A model generated the notes under the pieces. That model searched no databases. It was not told where the DNA came from and saw only the letters and a program-made list of their open reading frames with translations. Made by a program: the position numbers and the translations under genes. From an uncultured Actinomycetota bacterium (GTDB lineage: Bacteria > Actinomycetota > Actinomycetes > JAFAQI01): a stretch of 64,000 nt of DNA. Numbering within the stretch: the first letter of the stretch is position 1; each line of letters opens with the position of its first letter. The stretch is taken from the NCBI GenBank assembly GCA_963770565.1, contig CAVYQE010000001.1:384001-448000 (forward strand), in the 5' to 3' direction. Of this stretch, positions 10,121-21,959 are shown piece by piece.

Positions 10121-10326
10121 CGCAAGTCCTTTGGCAGCCGGAGCGAATGGCCGTTCGTTGACGAACAAACGGGCCGGTCTAAAATGAGGCGGGAGGGAGC
10201 GGAGAGCCGGGAGCCGGGGGCCGGGAGCGGAGAGCAGTCAGCGCGGAGCAGGGAGCAGGGAGGGAGCGAGCCGCGACGCGGAACGCTCAATTTCATACTT
10301 CATCGTCCGAATTCAGGTCGTCATCC

Positions 10327-11077
10327 ATGTCGTCGCGATTTTCTCACGGCCCTGCCGGTTTACAACGAGGTCGGCCACGTCACGGCCGTTCTCGATGAAG
10401 TCTTGCGGTATAGCCCCGACGTGCTGGTGGTCGACGATGGCTCGAACGACGGCACTTCGGAGTTGCTCGCTGCCCGGCACGACATTCGCCGCGTCACGCA
10501 TGAGGTCAATCGCGGCTATGGGGCGGCGCTGCGATCGGCCTTCGATTATGCGCTGGCCCACGGTTTCGACACGTTGGTGACGATCGACTGCGATGGCCAG
10601 CATACGCCGCAACGGATTCCGCTGTTCGTGGCGGCTGCGGCCGACGCCGACATCGTCTCCGGGAGCCGCTATCTGGAGCGGTTCGACGCCGACAGCTTGC
10701 CCCCGGCCGATCGCCGCCGGATCAACCAGCAAGTCACCGCCGAATTGAACCGCCGCTTGGGCCTGAATCTGACCGACGCCTTTTGCGGGTTCAAGGCCTA
10801 CCGAGCCACGGCGCTCGAGGCCCTGGACATTCGGGAGCCGGGTTACGCGATGCCGTTGGAGTTGTGGGTGCAGGCAGCCTGCGCCAGGCTGAAGATCGTC
10901 GAACTGGCCGTGCCGCTCATTTATTTGGAGGAGGAGCGTTCGTTCGGCGGCTCGCTCGACGATGCCCGCACCCGGCTGAAATACTATCACGAAATCATCG
11001 ATCGCAGCCTGGCCGCGCTCGATGCCGGCCCGCGGCGCGATTGCCTCGCGTCGGGGCGCGACGCCAAACAGACTTAG
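10327..11077 (+). CDS. Glycosyltransferase family 2 (DPM1-like); apparent 1-nt frameshift just after the ATG at 10327
   Basis: LPVYNE, VVDDGSNDGT, NRGYGAAL, TIDCDGQH, IVSGSRY, TDAFCGFKAY. Confidence 0.88.
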
Positions 11078-11222
11078 GGCGAGGGACCGCCGGAGTTTTC
11101 CCGCCGCCCCGTCGCGGCACGACGTATTGCCCTTCCCTTCGCACTTTTTCGCGGCTCAGAGATCGTGATCATCGAAACACCTTGCGCAACCCGTTGCTTG
11201 ACTCCCAAACGCCCCATCTCGA

Positions 11223-12893
11223 ATGCGGAACTTTCGGCCCCGCGGACGAGCGGCGCGAAGCTCATCGAGCCGCCGCTCGGCGCGGCCGACGACTTGGCCG
11301 CCGCCAACCGCCGCCGGATCGACGATTCGGATTATGAATTGCAAGGGCGGCGCTTGCCGGTTCTGGCTGCGCAGGCCCGCGAGCAGCTTCTGGCAGCGGC
11401 CTTGCGCTACACGCGGCACCTATCGCGACGTCGATCCGCCGCCGGCCGACGGCCCTCTGTTTCTGGCCGGCCATCAACCCGAGATGTTTCATCCGGGCGT
11501 CTGGTTGAAGAACTTCGTCTTGGCGCGGCTGGCCCGGCGGAATGCAGGAGCGGCCGTCAATCTGGTTATCGACAGCGACACGATCAAATCCTCGTCGCTG
11601 CGCGTGCCCGGCGGCTCGGTCGCCGCGCCCACGCTCGAAGGGGTCTTGATCGATCGCCCCTCGGCCGAGATTCCGTTTCAGGCCCGCGAGATTCAGGATC
11701 TCGAGTTGTTCGCGAGTTTCGGGGGGCGGGCCAGCGCGCGGCTGAGTTCGCTGGTCCGCGATCCGCTGTTGCGCGACTATTGGCCGAAAGCCGTGGAGTG
11801 TTCGCGGCGAACGCGGAATCTGGGCGAATGCTTGGCCCAATCGCGGCATCAATGGGAAGGCGGTTGGGGGATTTCGACGCTCGAGATTCCCCAAAGCGAA
11901 GTTTGCCATTTGGAGGCGTTTCAATGGCTGACGGCCCATTTGCTGGCCCATTTGCCGCGGTTCTGGGACGTGTATAACTCGGCGCTGGCCTGTTATCGGC
12001 GTTGCTATCATGTGCCGCAGCCATGCGCATCCCGCCCCGGAATTGGCGACCGACGGCGACTGGCTCGAAGCGCCGTTCTGGATTTGGACCGACCACGACC
12101 CGCGGCGGCGGCGCGTGTTTGCCCGCCAACGCGGCGATGAGCTGCTGCTCACCGATCGCGAGGGGCTCGAAATCCCACTCGCCCTCTGCGCCGAGTGCGA
12201 CGCGGACCGGGCCATCGAGCAATTCGCGGCCCTCGCTCCGCGGGGCATCCACTTGCGGAGCCGCGCCCTGTTGACGACGCTCGCCGCGCGGCTGCTCTTC
12301 GGCGACGTGTTCCTGCATGGAATCGGCGGGGCGAAATACGATCGGCTGACCGATGCCATCATCGAACGCTTCTTCGGGCTCGAGGCGCCGGTTTATATGG
12401 TCGTGTCGGGCACCTTGCATCTGCCGATCGCGCGGCCGGCCGTCAGCGGCGATGATTTGCGCGGCGCCGAGCGCGCGCTGCGCGAAATGACTTTTCATCC
12501 CGAGCGGTTTCTCGACGGTGCCGCGGGCGCGGGATCGGGATCGGTCGGGGCCGGCAGCAGCGCGGCAACCCGAGATAGCGGGCGAAGCATCGTCCGGCGA
12601 CCGCTCCGTGAACGGCGCGGCGGCGACGTGGATCGAGCAAAAGCGGCATTGGATCGCCGCCCCCTTCGCGCCGAGCGCAGCCCGCGAGCGGACCCGTGCG
12701 ATCCGACAGGCGAATGAACAGCTTCAGGCGGCCGTGGCGACTCGCCGCGACGCGGGCCGCCGCCCGCGCGGAGCGGCTCCGCCGCGAGCTGCGCGCGGAA
12801 AAGATTCTGGCGGCGCGCGATTATGGATTCTGTCTGTATCCGGAAAAAAGTTTGCGCGAATTTCTACTGGCTTTTCCCGGCGAGAGCGTTTAG
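11223..12893 (+). CDS. BshC-like protein (Planctomycete type), broken by several frameshifts in this consensus
   Basis: Stitched pieces: LFLAGHQPEMFHPGVWLKNF, NLVIDSD, HPAPEL..WLEAPFWIW, RSRALLTTLAARL..DVFLHGIGGAKYDRLTD, RDYGFCLYP. Confidence 0.6.
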
Positions 12894-13064
12894 TCTGTTA
12901 TCCAATAGGGGTACTCAAGGATCGAAGTCCAGCCAACACGACAGCCCGCCTCTTAGCGGAATTCGCTGGAATTCCGCGGTTCGGGCAACCTCGGACATCC
13001 GAATTCCAATAAATTCGGCTACGGGGCTCCTAAGCTGCGCTGTCGTACCAAGAAGGGATTCTCA

Positions 13065-14320
13065 ATGAGTCGCTCGGCAAGTGGGGCGGTCGGTTCGGCA
13101 ACGCAACGTGCGGCGGTGGCAACCGCCGAAGGAACGAAGAGTCGCCCGCCGTCGCGACGGACGCTCGTGTCACGGCCGACGCCCGCGTTGCAACCGACGC
13201 CCGTGTCGTCACCGAGACGCGTGTCGCGACCGACAGGCGTGTCGGATCGTCGGCGAGACGCGAATCGCTCTGGGCTCGCCGAGCCCAAACCGCCGCGTCT
13301 GCCGGAAGGGAAGACCTCCTCGCCGGACGATCATCGGTCCACTGCGCGGGAAAGCTCTCGCCGCCGCAGCGCCCGAGCGCCGCGCTCGAATCGGCTCGCA
13401 AGGCGCCTCCCCGCGCCGCCGCGGCTTCCCGAGGGGAACGCCCGCGCGACACGGCGCGGTCGCCGGCGCGGTCGCACGACGCGGTCGCGCCCAACCGTCG
13501 GCGGGTGCGCCGGATTGGACGGTGCTGGCCGCGCGGGCCGGCGACCATCCCGGCATTTATGACTGGCTGTTGAGCCTGTTTCATGCTCCGACGCGGCAAG
13601 AGTTCCAAGCCGAGCAGGACGATCCGACCTACGAACCGACGAACCGCCTGCTGGTGAAGCGCGATCGCGGATCATCGCCCACGCCCAGCTCATCCAGCGC
13701 ACGATGCTGTTCGGCTCGCTCCGGTTGCCGATCGATCAAGTCGCCTGGCTGGGAACACTTCCCGAGTTTCGCCGCCAAGGGGCGGCCAGCGCGCTGCTCT
13801 CGGCGAGCGATGAAAAGATGCTCCGCGACGGCGCCGCGCTGGGCCTGTTGCGGACCCGCGTGCCGCATTTCTTTCATCGTTGCGGATGGGCGGTCTGTGG
13901 GCGCCATTGCTATTCCAAGGCCAAGACCCGCGACATCTTGGCCCGCTATTGGGCCGAGCCGGGTTTGCGCCGCGGGACGATGAACATCCGCCTGTGGAAG
14001 CATTTCGAGATGCCGGCCTTGATGCGGATCTATGCCCAAAACACGGCCGGCGGCTGCGGCCCGCTGGCCCGCAGCGAAACCTATTGGCGATGGCTGATTT
14101 CGCGCGGCGCGTTCGACCAGATCATGATCGCCCTGGCCGGTCCCGATCGATTGGACTTGAACGAAATCTCGGCGCCGATCGCCGGCTATGCCGTGGTCCG
14201 CCAAGAGCGCGTGGTCGAATTGCTCACCGATCCCGCCTATCCGCGCGCCGGCGTGCAATTGCTGGCCCGGGCCTGCTCGGATGCGATCGAGCGGCGCGGC
14301 AACGAGATCGTGCTGGAAGC
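13065..14320 (+). pseudogene. Eis-like GNAT acetyltransferase, frameshifted and cut off at the 14,320 junction
   Basis: EQDDPTYEPTNRLLVK, LGTLPEFRRQGAASALL (acetyl-CoA motif), RSETYWRWLI, IAGYAVVR; reading becomes relaxase DNA after ...EIVLEA. Confidence 0.75.
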
Positions 14321-16653
14321 ACAATCTCAGGGTCGCGCGCGACCTGCAGACTCATCACGTTCGGGCCGAGATCGGACGCCTCGCCCGCACCGACCGCGTC
14401 CCGCTGAGCGAGCTCGACACCGCGGTACAGACCGCGGTCGACACCGCACTGTCACCAGCGGTGTCGATCGCGCTAGTGGCGGACACGATGCGATTACGGA
14501 GCCGGCGGGGTTGTGTCGGCGGACGGCGCGAGCGTGTTCACCGTCGCCGGCTCCCAGCTCTACACCTCCCCGGAGATCCTGGCGGCGGAGCGCCGGCTGC
14601 TCGCTGCCGCGGATCCACCGATGGACACCGGGTCCCGGATGGTTTGGTTGAGCTGTGCCTGCTCGAGGCCCGGGTGAGCGGAGCGGGTTGAACCCGGCGC
14701 AAGAACAGCTGGTCCGCGATCTCGCCACATCAGGGCAACGGGTGCAGCTCGCCTTGGCGCCAGCCGGGACCGAAAGACCACCGCGCTCGGGACACTGGCC
14801 GGCGCGTGGCGCGACAGTGGCGGCACGGTGATCGGATTGGCGCCCTCTGCGGTCGCCGCCGCCGAGCTCCGCGCCGCGCTAGGCGGGCCGGCCGACACGG
14901 TCGCGAAGCTGCTCCACGGTCTCGACGGTGGGGAAGTACCGGCCGAGCTCGGCAGGATCAACAAGGGCACGTTGGTGGTGATCGACGAGGCCGGGATGGC
15001 GGGTACGTTCGACCTGGACCGCACCATCAGCCACGTCCTCGACCGTGGCGGCAGCGTGCGCCTGGTCGGGACACCCGCCAGCTCGCCGCAGTCGCCAGCG
15101 GCGGGATCCTCCGCGACATCGCCCGGACCCACCCGGTCGCCAGATTGGACGCGCCGGTCCGGTTCGCTGATCCGGTCGAAGGTCACGCCTCCCTCGCCCT
15201 GCGCGTCGGTGAACCGATCGCGCTGGGCTACTACCTCGATCACGACCGGATCCACTCCGGTGATCGCACCACCACCATCGACGCCGCGTTCAGCGCGTGG
15301 CTAACCGACCGTGCCGCAAACCGCGACGCGATTCTGCTCGCCGCGACCAACACCACAGTCCGCGACCTCAACATTCGCGCCCGTGCCGACCGGCTCGGCG
15401 GCCAGCCCGCCGACTGCGACGTTCCGTTGCACGACGGAACGCACGCCAGTGCCGGGGATCTGATCGTGACCCGCCGTAACAATCGGCAACTGATGATCAG
15501 CGCGACCGACTGGGTGAAGAACGGTGACCGCTGGCAGATCCACACCGTCACCCCTGACGGCTCGCTCCAGGTCCGTCACCTCACCACCCGGCGAAGGATC
15601 ACCCTGCCCGCCGGCTACGTCCAAGCGCACGTCGAGCTCGGCTATGCCACCACGATCCACCTCGCGCAAGGCCGCACCGCCGACACCTGTCACACCGTGT
15701 TCACCGGGCGGGAGGACCGTCACGACCTTTACGTCGCGATGACCCGCGGCCGGGCCGCGAACCACCTCTACCTCGACACGTCCGCTCCTGGACCGCACGA
15801 CGCGACCGCTCCGGACGCGGTCACGCCACCGACCAGCGTCGAGACCCTGGAACGGATCCTCGCCCGCGAACCCGATCAGCGATCCGCAACCAGCCAGCAC
15901 CAGACCGACCTCGACCCCGCCACCGTCCTGCGGCGTGCGGTCGAGCGCTACCTCGAGGCCGTCACGATCGCCGGCGGAGGACCCGGAGAAGGACCACGAC
16001 CGCTGCGCTGGCTCCCACCCATCCCGGACATCGATGACCAGGAGTGGGCGCAGTACCTGCAGCAGCGCTACCAGCTCGTCACCACCGCCGCCGCCCGCGT
16101 GCAAGCCAGCACGCTGCCCGACGAAGACTGGGCCGACTACCTGCGGCTCAAAGACCGGACTCTCGCCCGCGAGCTGGCGATCTGGCGCGCGGCGATCGGC
16201 TGCGACCCCGACCACCCCGACCCCTGCGGGCCCGACCAGTGCACCGCACCCGGCTACCGCGAGTACCTCAGCCAGCGAGTGCAAGCCGTCGCCACCATCG
16301 CATACCGGTCACACGACTGGACGAAGCTGCTGCGCGAGCTCGACCCGCGGATCACCGCCGACCCCAGCTGGCCCTGGCTCGTCCGAGGCCTCACCCGAGC
16401 CGCCCGCACCGGCTACAACGCCCCCGCCCGCCTCCCTGCACTTGTCAACGACGAGCATCCACTGCCCGACCAGCACCCAGCCCGAGCCCTGCTCTACCGG
16501 CTCGCCCAAGACTGGCCCCAAGCAATCACTCCACCCAGCAGCACCCGGCAGCGCGACCGCGACAACGACCGCATCGCCCAACAACGACAAGCCGTCGAGT
16601 ACGCACGCGAGCACCACCGCGGCCACGAACACTCGAGAGGACTCAGCCGATGA
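14321..16653 (+). pseudogene. 5'-truncated copy of MobF/TrwC relaxase-helicase (RecD-like helicase half only)
   Basis: VVIDEAGM, LVGDxRQLAAV, ELGYATTIHLAQGRTAD, LYVAMTRGRAANHLY; no relaxase domain. Confidence 0.85.
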
Positions 16654-17066
16654 CCAGCCAGCCGAGGGACCTCCCGCACCGGAGCGTTGGATTTGAGTTC
16701 TCGCCCGACCAGTTGTTGTTCACAACGGAGGAGGCCGCTGAGGTACTGCGCGTGGGGCGGACCACTGTTTACGCCCTCATCAGGAGTGGCGATCTTCGGC
16801 CGGTCCATATCGGTCGTTGCTGTCGGATCTCTCGAGGCGAGCTCGATCGCTACGTCGAGCGCCTCGATACGGCCCAGGCCAGACCGTCGGTACCGATCTG
16901 GCGACCCAGGCTCTCCGAAGCAGACCTGGAGGGTGCCGTTGCCGATGGCTCTCCACAGGACGCCGCCTGGGCGTTGCCAACCGTCAGACCCAGAGCGCAG
17001 GATCAACAACAGGTAGGCGTGCGGCACGACAAGCCAACGGAGTCCAAACGGACGGCGGAGGCTTAG
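16650..17066 (+). CDS. xis: Excisionase-family helix-turn-helix protein (left-arm copy)
   Basis: LLFTTEEAAEVLRVGRTTVYALIRSGDLRPVHIGRCCRISRGELDRYVE; lies between relaxase and integrase. Confidence 0.85.
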   Translation: MTSQPRDLPHRSVGFEFSPDQLLFTTEEAAEVLRVGRTTVYALIRSGDLRPVHIGRCCRISRGELDRYVERLDTAQARPSVPIWRPRLSEADLEGAVADGSPQDAAWALPTVRPRAQDQQQVGVRHDKPTESKRTAEA

Positions 17067-17084
17067 CTAAAACGAGGTGAATCA

Positions 17085-17380
17085 ATGACAGGCAAGCGAG
17101 CGTCGGGCGAGAGCTCGATTTACCAGGACGACGAGGGGCGCTGGCACGGATACGTCAGCATGGGTCTGAAATCTGGTGGCCGTCGTGATCGCCGTCACGT
17201 CTCCGGTGCCAAGCGCGCCGATGTTGTGACGAAGGTCCGTGCGCTTGAGCGCAAGCGTGATGCCGGCATGATCGAGGCATCCGGTCGCCCGATCACCGTT
17301 GAGCAGTGGCTTACCCATTGGCAAGACACGATCGCGGAACCCAAGGTACGGCCATCGACTCTCGTCCGTTACAAGCAGTT
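17085..17380 (+). pseudogene. Tyrosine integrase N-terminal fragment (left arm)
   Basis: KRASGESSIYQDDEGRWHGYVSMG..RRHVSG..TVEQWLTHW..VRPSTL..Y; then runs into the antisense of the other arm. Confidence 0.85.
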
Positions 17381-17759
17381 CGGCGTACATCGCCTCGACA
17401 TGCTCGGGCTGCAGCCGATCGAGGCGATGATGGCCGATCCCCGGAATGATCTGGTGCTTGATCAACTGCTTGTAACGGACGAGAGTCGATGGCCGTACCT
17501 TGGGTTCCGCGATCGTGTCTTGCCAATGGGTAAGCCACTGCTCAACGGTGATCGGGCGACCGGATGCCTCGATCATGCCGGCATCACGCTTGCGCTCAAG
17601 CGCACGGACCTTCGTCACAACATCGGCGCGCTTGGCACCGGAGACGTGACGGCGATCACGACGGCCACCAGATTTCAGACCCATGCTGACGTATCCGTGC
17701 CAGCGCCCTTCGTCGTCCTGGTAAATCGAGCTCTCGCCCGATGCTCGCTTGCCTGTCAT
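17381..17759 (-). pseudogene. Tyrosine integrase N-terminal (arm-binding + SAM-like) fragment; catalytic domain missing
   Basis: Same N-terminus continuing KHQIIPGIGHHRLDRLQPEHVEAMYAE up to the fold-back point. Confidence 0.88.
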
Positions 17760-17777
17760 TGCTTCACCTCGTTTTAG

Positions 17778-18193
17778 CTAGGCCTCCGCCGTCCGTTTGG
17801 ACTCCGTTGGCTTGTCGTGCCGGACGCCTACCTGTTGTTGATCCTGCGCTCTGGGTCTGACGGTTGGCAACGCCTAGGCGGCGTCCTGTGGAGAGCCATC
17901 GGCAACGGCACCCTCCAGGTCTGCCTCGGAGAGCCTGGACGCCAGATCGGTACCGACGGTCTGGCCTGGGCCGTATCGAGGCGCTCGACGTAGCGATCGA
18001 GCTCGCCTCGAGAGATCCGACAGCAACGACCGATATGGACCGGCCGAAGATCGCCACTCCTGATGAGGGCGTAAACAGTGGTCCGCCCCACGCGCAGTAC
18101 CTCAGCCGCCTCCTCCGTTGTGAACAACAACTGGTCGGGCGAGAACTCAAATCCGACGCTCCGGTGCGGGAGGTCCCTCGGCTGGCTGGTCAT
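17778..18193 (-). CDS. xis: Excisionase-family helix-turn-helix protein (right-arm copy; small indel in C-terminal tail)
   Basis: Same HTH as 16650-17066. Confidence 0.82.
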
Positions 18194-21100
18194 CGGCTGA
18201 GTCCTCTCGAGTGTTCGTGGCCGGGGTGGTGCTCGCGTGCGTATTCGACGGCTTGTCGTTGTTGGACGATGCGGTCGTTGTCGCGGTCGTGCCGCCGGGT
18301 GCCGCTGGGTGGGGTGATTGCTTGGGGCCAGTCTTGGGCGAGCCGGTATAGCAGGGCTCGGGCTGGGTGCTGGTCGGGAAGTGGATGCTCGTCGTTGACA
18401 AGTCCAGGGAGGCGGGCGGGGGCGTTGTAGCCGGTGCGGGCGGCTCGGGTGAGGCCTCGGACGAGCCAGGGCCAGCTGGGGTCGGCGGTGATCCGCGGGT
18501 CGAGCTCGCGCAGCAGCTTCGTCCAGTCGTGTGACCGGTAGGCGATGGTGGCGACGGCTTGGACTCGCTGGCTGAGGTACTCGCGGTAGCCGGGTGCGGT
18601 GCACTGGTCGGGCCCGCAGGGGTCGGGGTGGTCGGGGTCGCAGCCGATCGCCGCGCGCCAGATCGCGAGCTCGCGGGCGAGGGTCCGGTCTTTGAGCCGG
18701 AGGTAGTCGGCCCAGTCTTCGTCGGGCAGCGTGCTGGCTTGCACGCGGGCGGCGGCGGTGGTGACGAGTTGGTAGCGCTGCTGCAGGTAGTGCGCCCACT
18801 CCTGGTCATCGATGTCCGGGATGGGTGGGAGCCAGCGCAGCGGTCGTGGTCCTTCTCCGGGTCCTCCGCCGGCGATCGTGACGGCCTCGAGGTAGCGCTC
18901 GACCGCACGCCGCAGGACGGTGGCGGGGTCGAGGCCTGCCTGGTGCTGGCTGGTTGCGGATCGCTGATCGGGTTCGCGGGCGAGGATCCGTTCCAGGGTC
19001 TCGACACTGGTCGGCGGCGTGATCGCGTCCGGGGCGGTCGCGTCGTGCGGTCCAGGAGCGGACGTGTCGAGGTAGAGGTGGTTCGCGTCCCGGCCGCGGG
19101 TCATCGCGACGTAAAGGTCGTGACGGTTCTCCCGCCCGGTGAGCACGGTGTGACAGGTGTCGGCGGTGCGGCCTTGCGCGAGGTGGATCGTGGTGGCATA
19201 GCCGAGCTCGACGTGCTCGCGGACGTAGTCGGCGGGCAGGGTGACGCTGCGCCGGGTGGCGAGGTGACGGACCGGAGCGAGCCGTCAGGGGTGACGGTGT
19301 GGATCTGCCAGCGGTCGCCGTTCTTCACCCAGTCGGTCGCGCTGATCATCAGCCGCCGGTTGTTGCGGCGGGTCACGATCAGATCCCCGGCACTGGCGCG
19401 CGTTCCGTCGTGCAACGGAACCTCGCGGTCGGCGGGCTGGCCGCCGAGCCGGTCGGCACGGGCGCGAATGTTGAGGTCGCGGACTGTGGTGTTGGTCGCG
19501 GCGAGCAGGATCGCGTCGCGGCCGGCGGCACGGTCGGCCTGCCACGCGCTGAACGCGGCGTCGAAGGTGGTGGTGCGGTCACCGGAGTGGATCCGGTCGT
19601 GGTCGAGGTAGTAGCCCAGCGCGACCGGATCACCGACGCGCAGGGCGAGGGAGGCGTGACCTTCGACCGGATCAGCGAACCGGACCGGCGCGTCCAGAGT
19701 CTGGCGACCGGGTGGGTCGCGGCGATGTCGCGCAGCACCCCGCCGCTGGCGACCGCGGCGAGCTGGCGGGTGTCCCCGACCAGGCGGACGCTGCCGCCGC
19801 GGGCGAGGACGTGGCTGACGGTGCGGTCGAGGTCGAACGTGCCGGCCATCCCGGCCTCATCGATCACCACCAATGTGCCCGAGTCGATCGAGCCGAGCCC
19901 GGCGGGGACAGGCCCGCCGTCGAGGCCGTGGAGCAGCTTGGCGATCGTGTCGGTCGTCCCGCCGAGCGCGGCGCGGAGCTCGGCGGCGGCGACCGCGGAC
20001 GGGCGCCAGGCCGATCACCGTGCCGCCGCTCGTCGCGCCACGCGGCGGCCAAGTGACCGAGCGCGGTGGTCTTCCCGGTTCCGGCCGGCGCCAAGCGCGA
20101 GCTGCACCCGGCGCCCGGAGGTCGCGAGATCGCGGACCAGCTGTTCCTGCGCCGGGTTCAACACCCGGCCGCTCACCCGGGCCTCGAGCAGCGACAGCTC
20201 GACCAAACCGTCCGGGACCCGGTCGACCATCAGTGCGGTCCGCAGCGGCGAGCAGCCGGGACTCCGCCGCCAGGATCTCCGGGGACGTGTAGAGCTGGGA
20301 GCCGGCGACGGTGAACACACTCGCGCCGTCCCGCCGGCGCAACCCGGCCGGCTCGGCGATCGCATCGTGTCCGCCGCCTAGCGCGATCGACACCGCTGGT
20401 GACAGTGCGGTATCGACCGCGGTCTGCACCGCGGTGTCGAGCTCGCTGAGCGGGAGCCGGTCGGTGCGGGCGAGGCGTTCGATCTCGGCGCGAACATGAT
20501 GGGTCTGCCAGGTCGCGCGCGACCCAGAGATCGTCATGACCGCTCGCCGCCCGGCTTGCTCGCACCAGTCCCGGACCCGTTCGGGCTCGGACCGGTTCGA
20601 CGGCGCGACCGGGAGGTAGCGCGCCCGTGAGCATGGCGTCGACCGCCCGGCTGTCACCCAAGACCTCGACCGCTTCCTCGTGCCAGTCAGCGCGTTGCTC
20701 GGCGAGAGCTCGGGGTCCGGACTTGTCGGGGCGGGTCATCAGGTTCGCTTGCGCGAACAGGTCATGGGTTTCACCGGCATCCGGTGACCGGCCGTGAGTG
20801 CGGGTGAACTCTGCCGCCAACTCCGCCTGCCGGGTGGTGATCGCCTCCCGGCGTGAGGACCACACCGCCAACAGCTCGGGGTCGATTCCAGTGATCTCCC
20901 GCACCGGCCGCTTCCCCCGCCCGGTCACTCGGTCAGCAAACGTGACCCCGAGCCGGTCGACGAGCTGCGCTTCTAGGCGGGTGTTGTACCGCTCGGAGGC
21001 GGCGACCGCCGCCTTGTGCAACACCCGGCCGTCCAACGCCCGCCACCGACCATCAGGCGTTTGAACCTTGTTGGAGATCGCGACATGGGTGTGCAGGTCC

Positions 21101-21840
21101 GGGTCCCCGGTCCGGGAATCCCGGTGGGTGAACGCAACGGCGACCAGTCCGTTCACGTCGACCTGACGGACCCCGTTGTGCCCGAGCCGGGTGAACGTCG
21201 CGGTGTCCTCCAGCCAGCCGATCACATCGCGGACCGCCGCGTCGTGCGCCGCCAGCACCTGAGCGGACACCACCGGATCGGCGAGCGCCCACAGCGCGGA
21301 GACGCTTTTCACTGGGGAGAACGTCAGGTCATACCCGGCCACCGACCCCACCCCGCGCCGGCCCACCGTGGCCAGGAAGTCGGTCAGCTCCCGCGCGTCC
21401 GGCACCCAGCCGTGCGCCTCGATGAACCACTCCGTACCCAGCTCGCTGCGCAACGTCGCCCGGATCGTGGCGTCCACCGGCGCCGCGACCGGCTGCCCGA
21501 TCTTCGTGTTGTGCTCGCCGATCCGGGCCGCGAGCTCCCGCGCGAACCCGGTCCCGGCGTCGCGGACCGTGAACCCCCGGCCCAACGGGATCTCCTTGTG
21601 GTTGGGGTGGTGGCCGTGCCCGAACAACGCCACCATCTGGGACTCGCGGACCACAGAACCCGCGACCGGCCCGCCGTCCAACCCGGCCAGGCCACGGCCC
21701 AGCCACACCCCGGGGGCCTCGCCGCGTTCGCTGTAGTAGGAGGCCAGGTTCTCGTACCGACCGCCGGGGTGTCGTGGGTCTGCGACGTGACGGGTCAGAT
21801 ACGTGTAGCCGTTCCCGGCCGAGAGCTTGTGCAAGGTCAT
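18190..21840 (-). CDS. MobF (TrwC/TraA-like) relaxase-helicase, several frameshifts in consensus
   Basis: MTLHKLSAGNGYTYL, YYSERGEAPGVWLG, GYDLTFSPVKSVSALWA, FTHRDSRTGDPDLHTHVAISNKV (HUH motif), WSSRR, APAGTGKTT Walker A, DEAGM. Confidence 0.92.
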
Positions 21841-21959
21841 CACCGGCCACCACCGACCACAACCACAGCACGGCTGGCGGTGACTTCGGCGAGCGAGGTC
21901 GTCTGACCCCGGCCGGCGCAGCCACAGCCGGCGGGCGAGATCGCGGTGCGCGTACATGA

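Larger units (their letters stand above)
14321..20534. repeat. Large inverted duplication: arms 14,321-17,380 and 17,464-20,534, 83-bp spacer
   Basis: Mirror-image ORFs (17085+ / 17759-, 14806-16653+ / 18190-19146-); ACAAGCAGTT at 17371-80 pairs with AACTGCTTGT at 17464-73. Confidence 0.97.

Noticed and set aside
13704-14651. GNAT fusion protein with a novel C-terminus
   Set aside because: The tail after 14,320 is out-of-frame relaxase DNA across the chimeric junction.
17381-17463. Hairpin telomere of a linear replicon
   Set aside because: The centre lies inside an integrase CDS, has an 83-bp asymmetric spacer, and no protelomerase gene is present.
17082-17777. Two full-length overlapping antisense integrase genes (225 and 230 aa)
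   Set aside because: Their C-terminal halves are just the antisense reading of the opposite arm and lack tyrosine-recombinase catalytic motifs.
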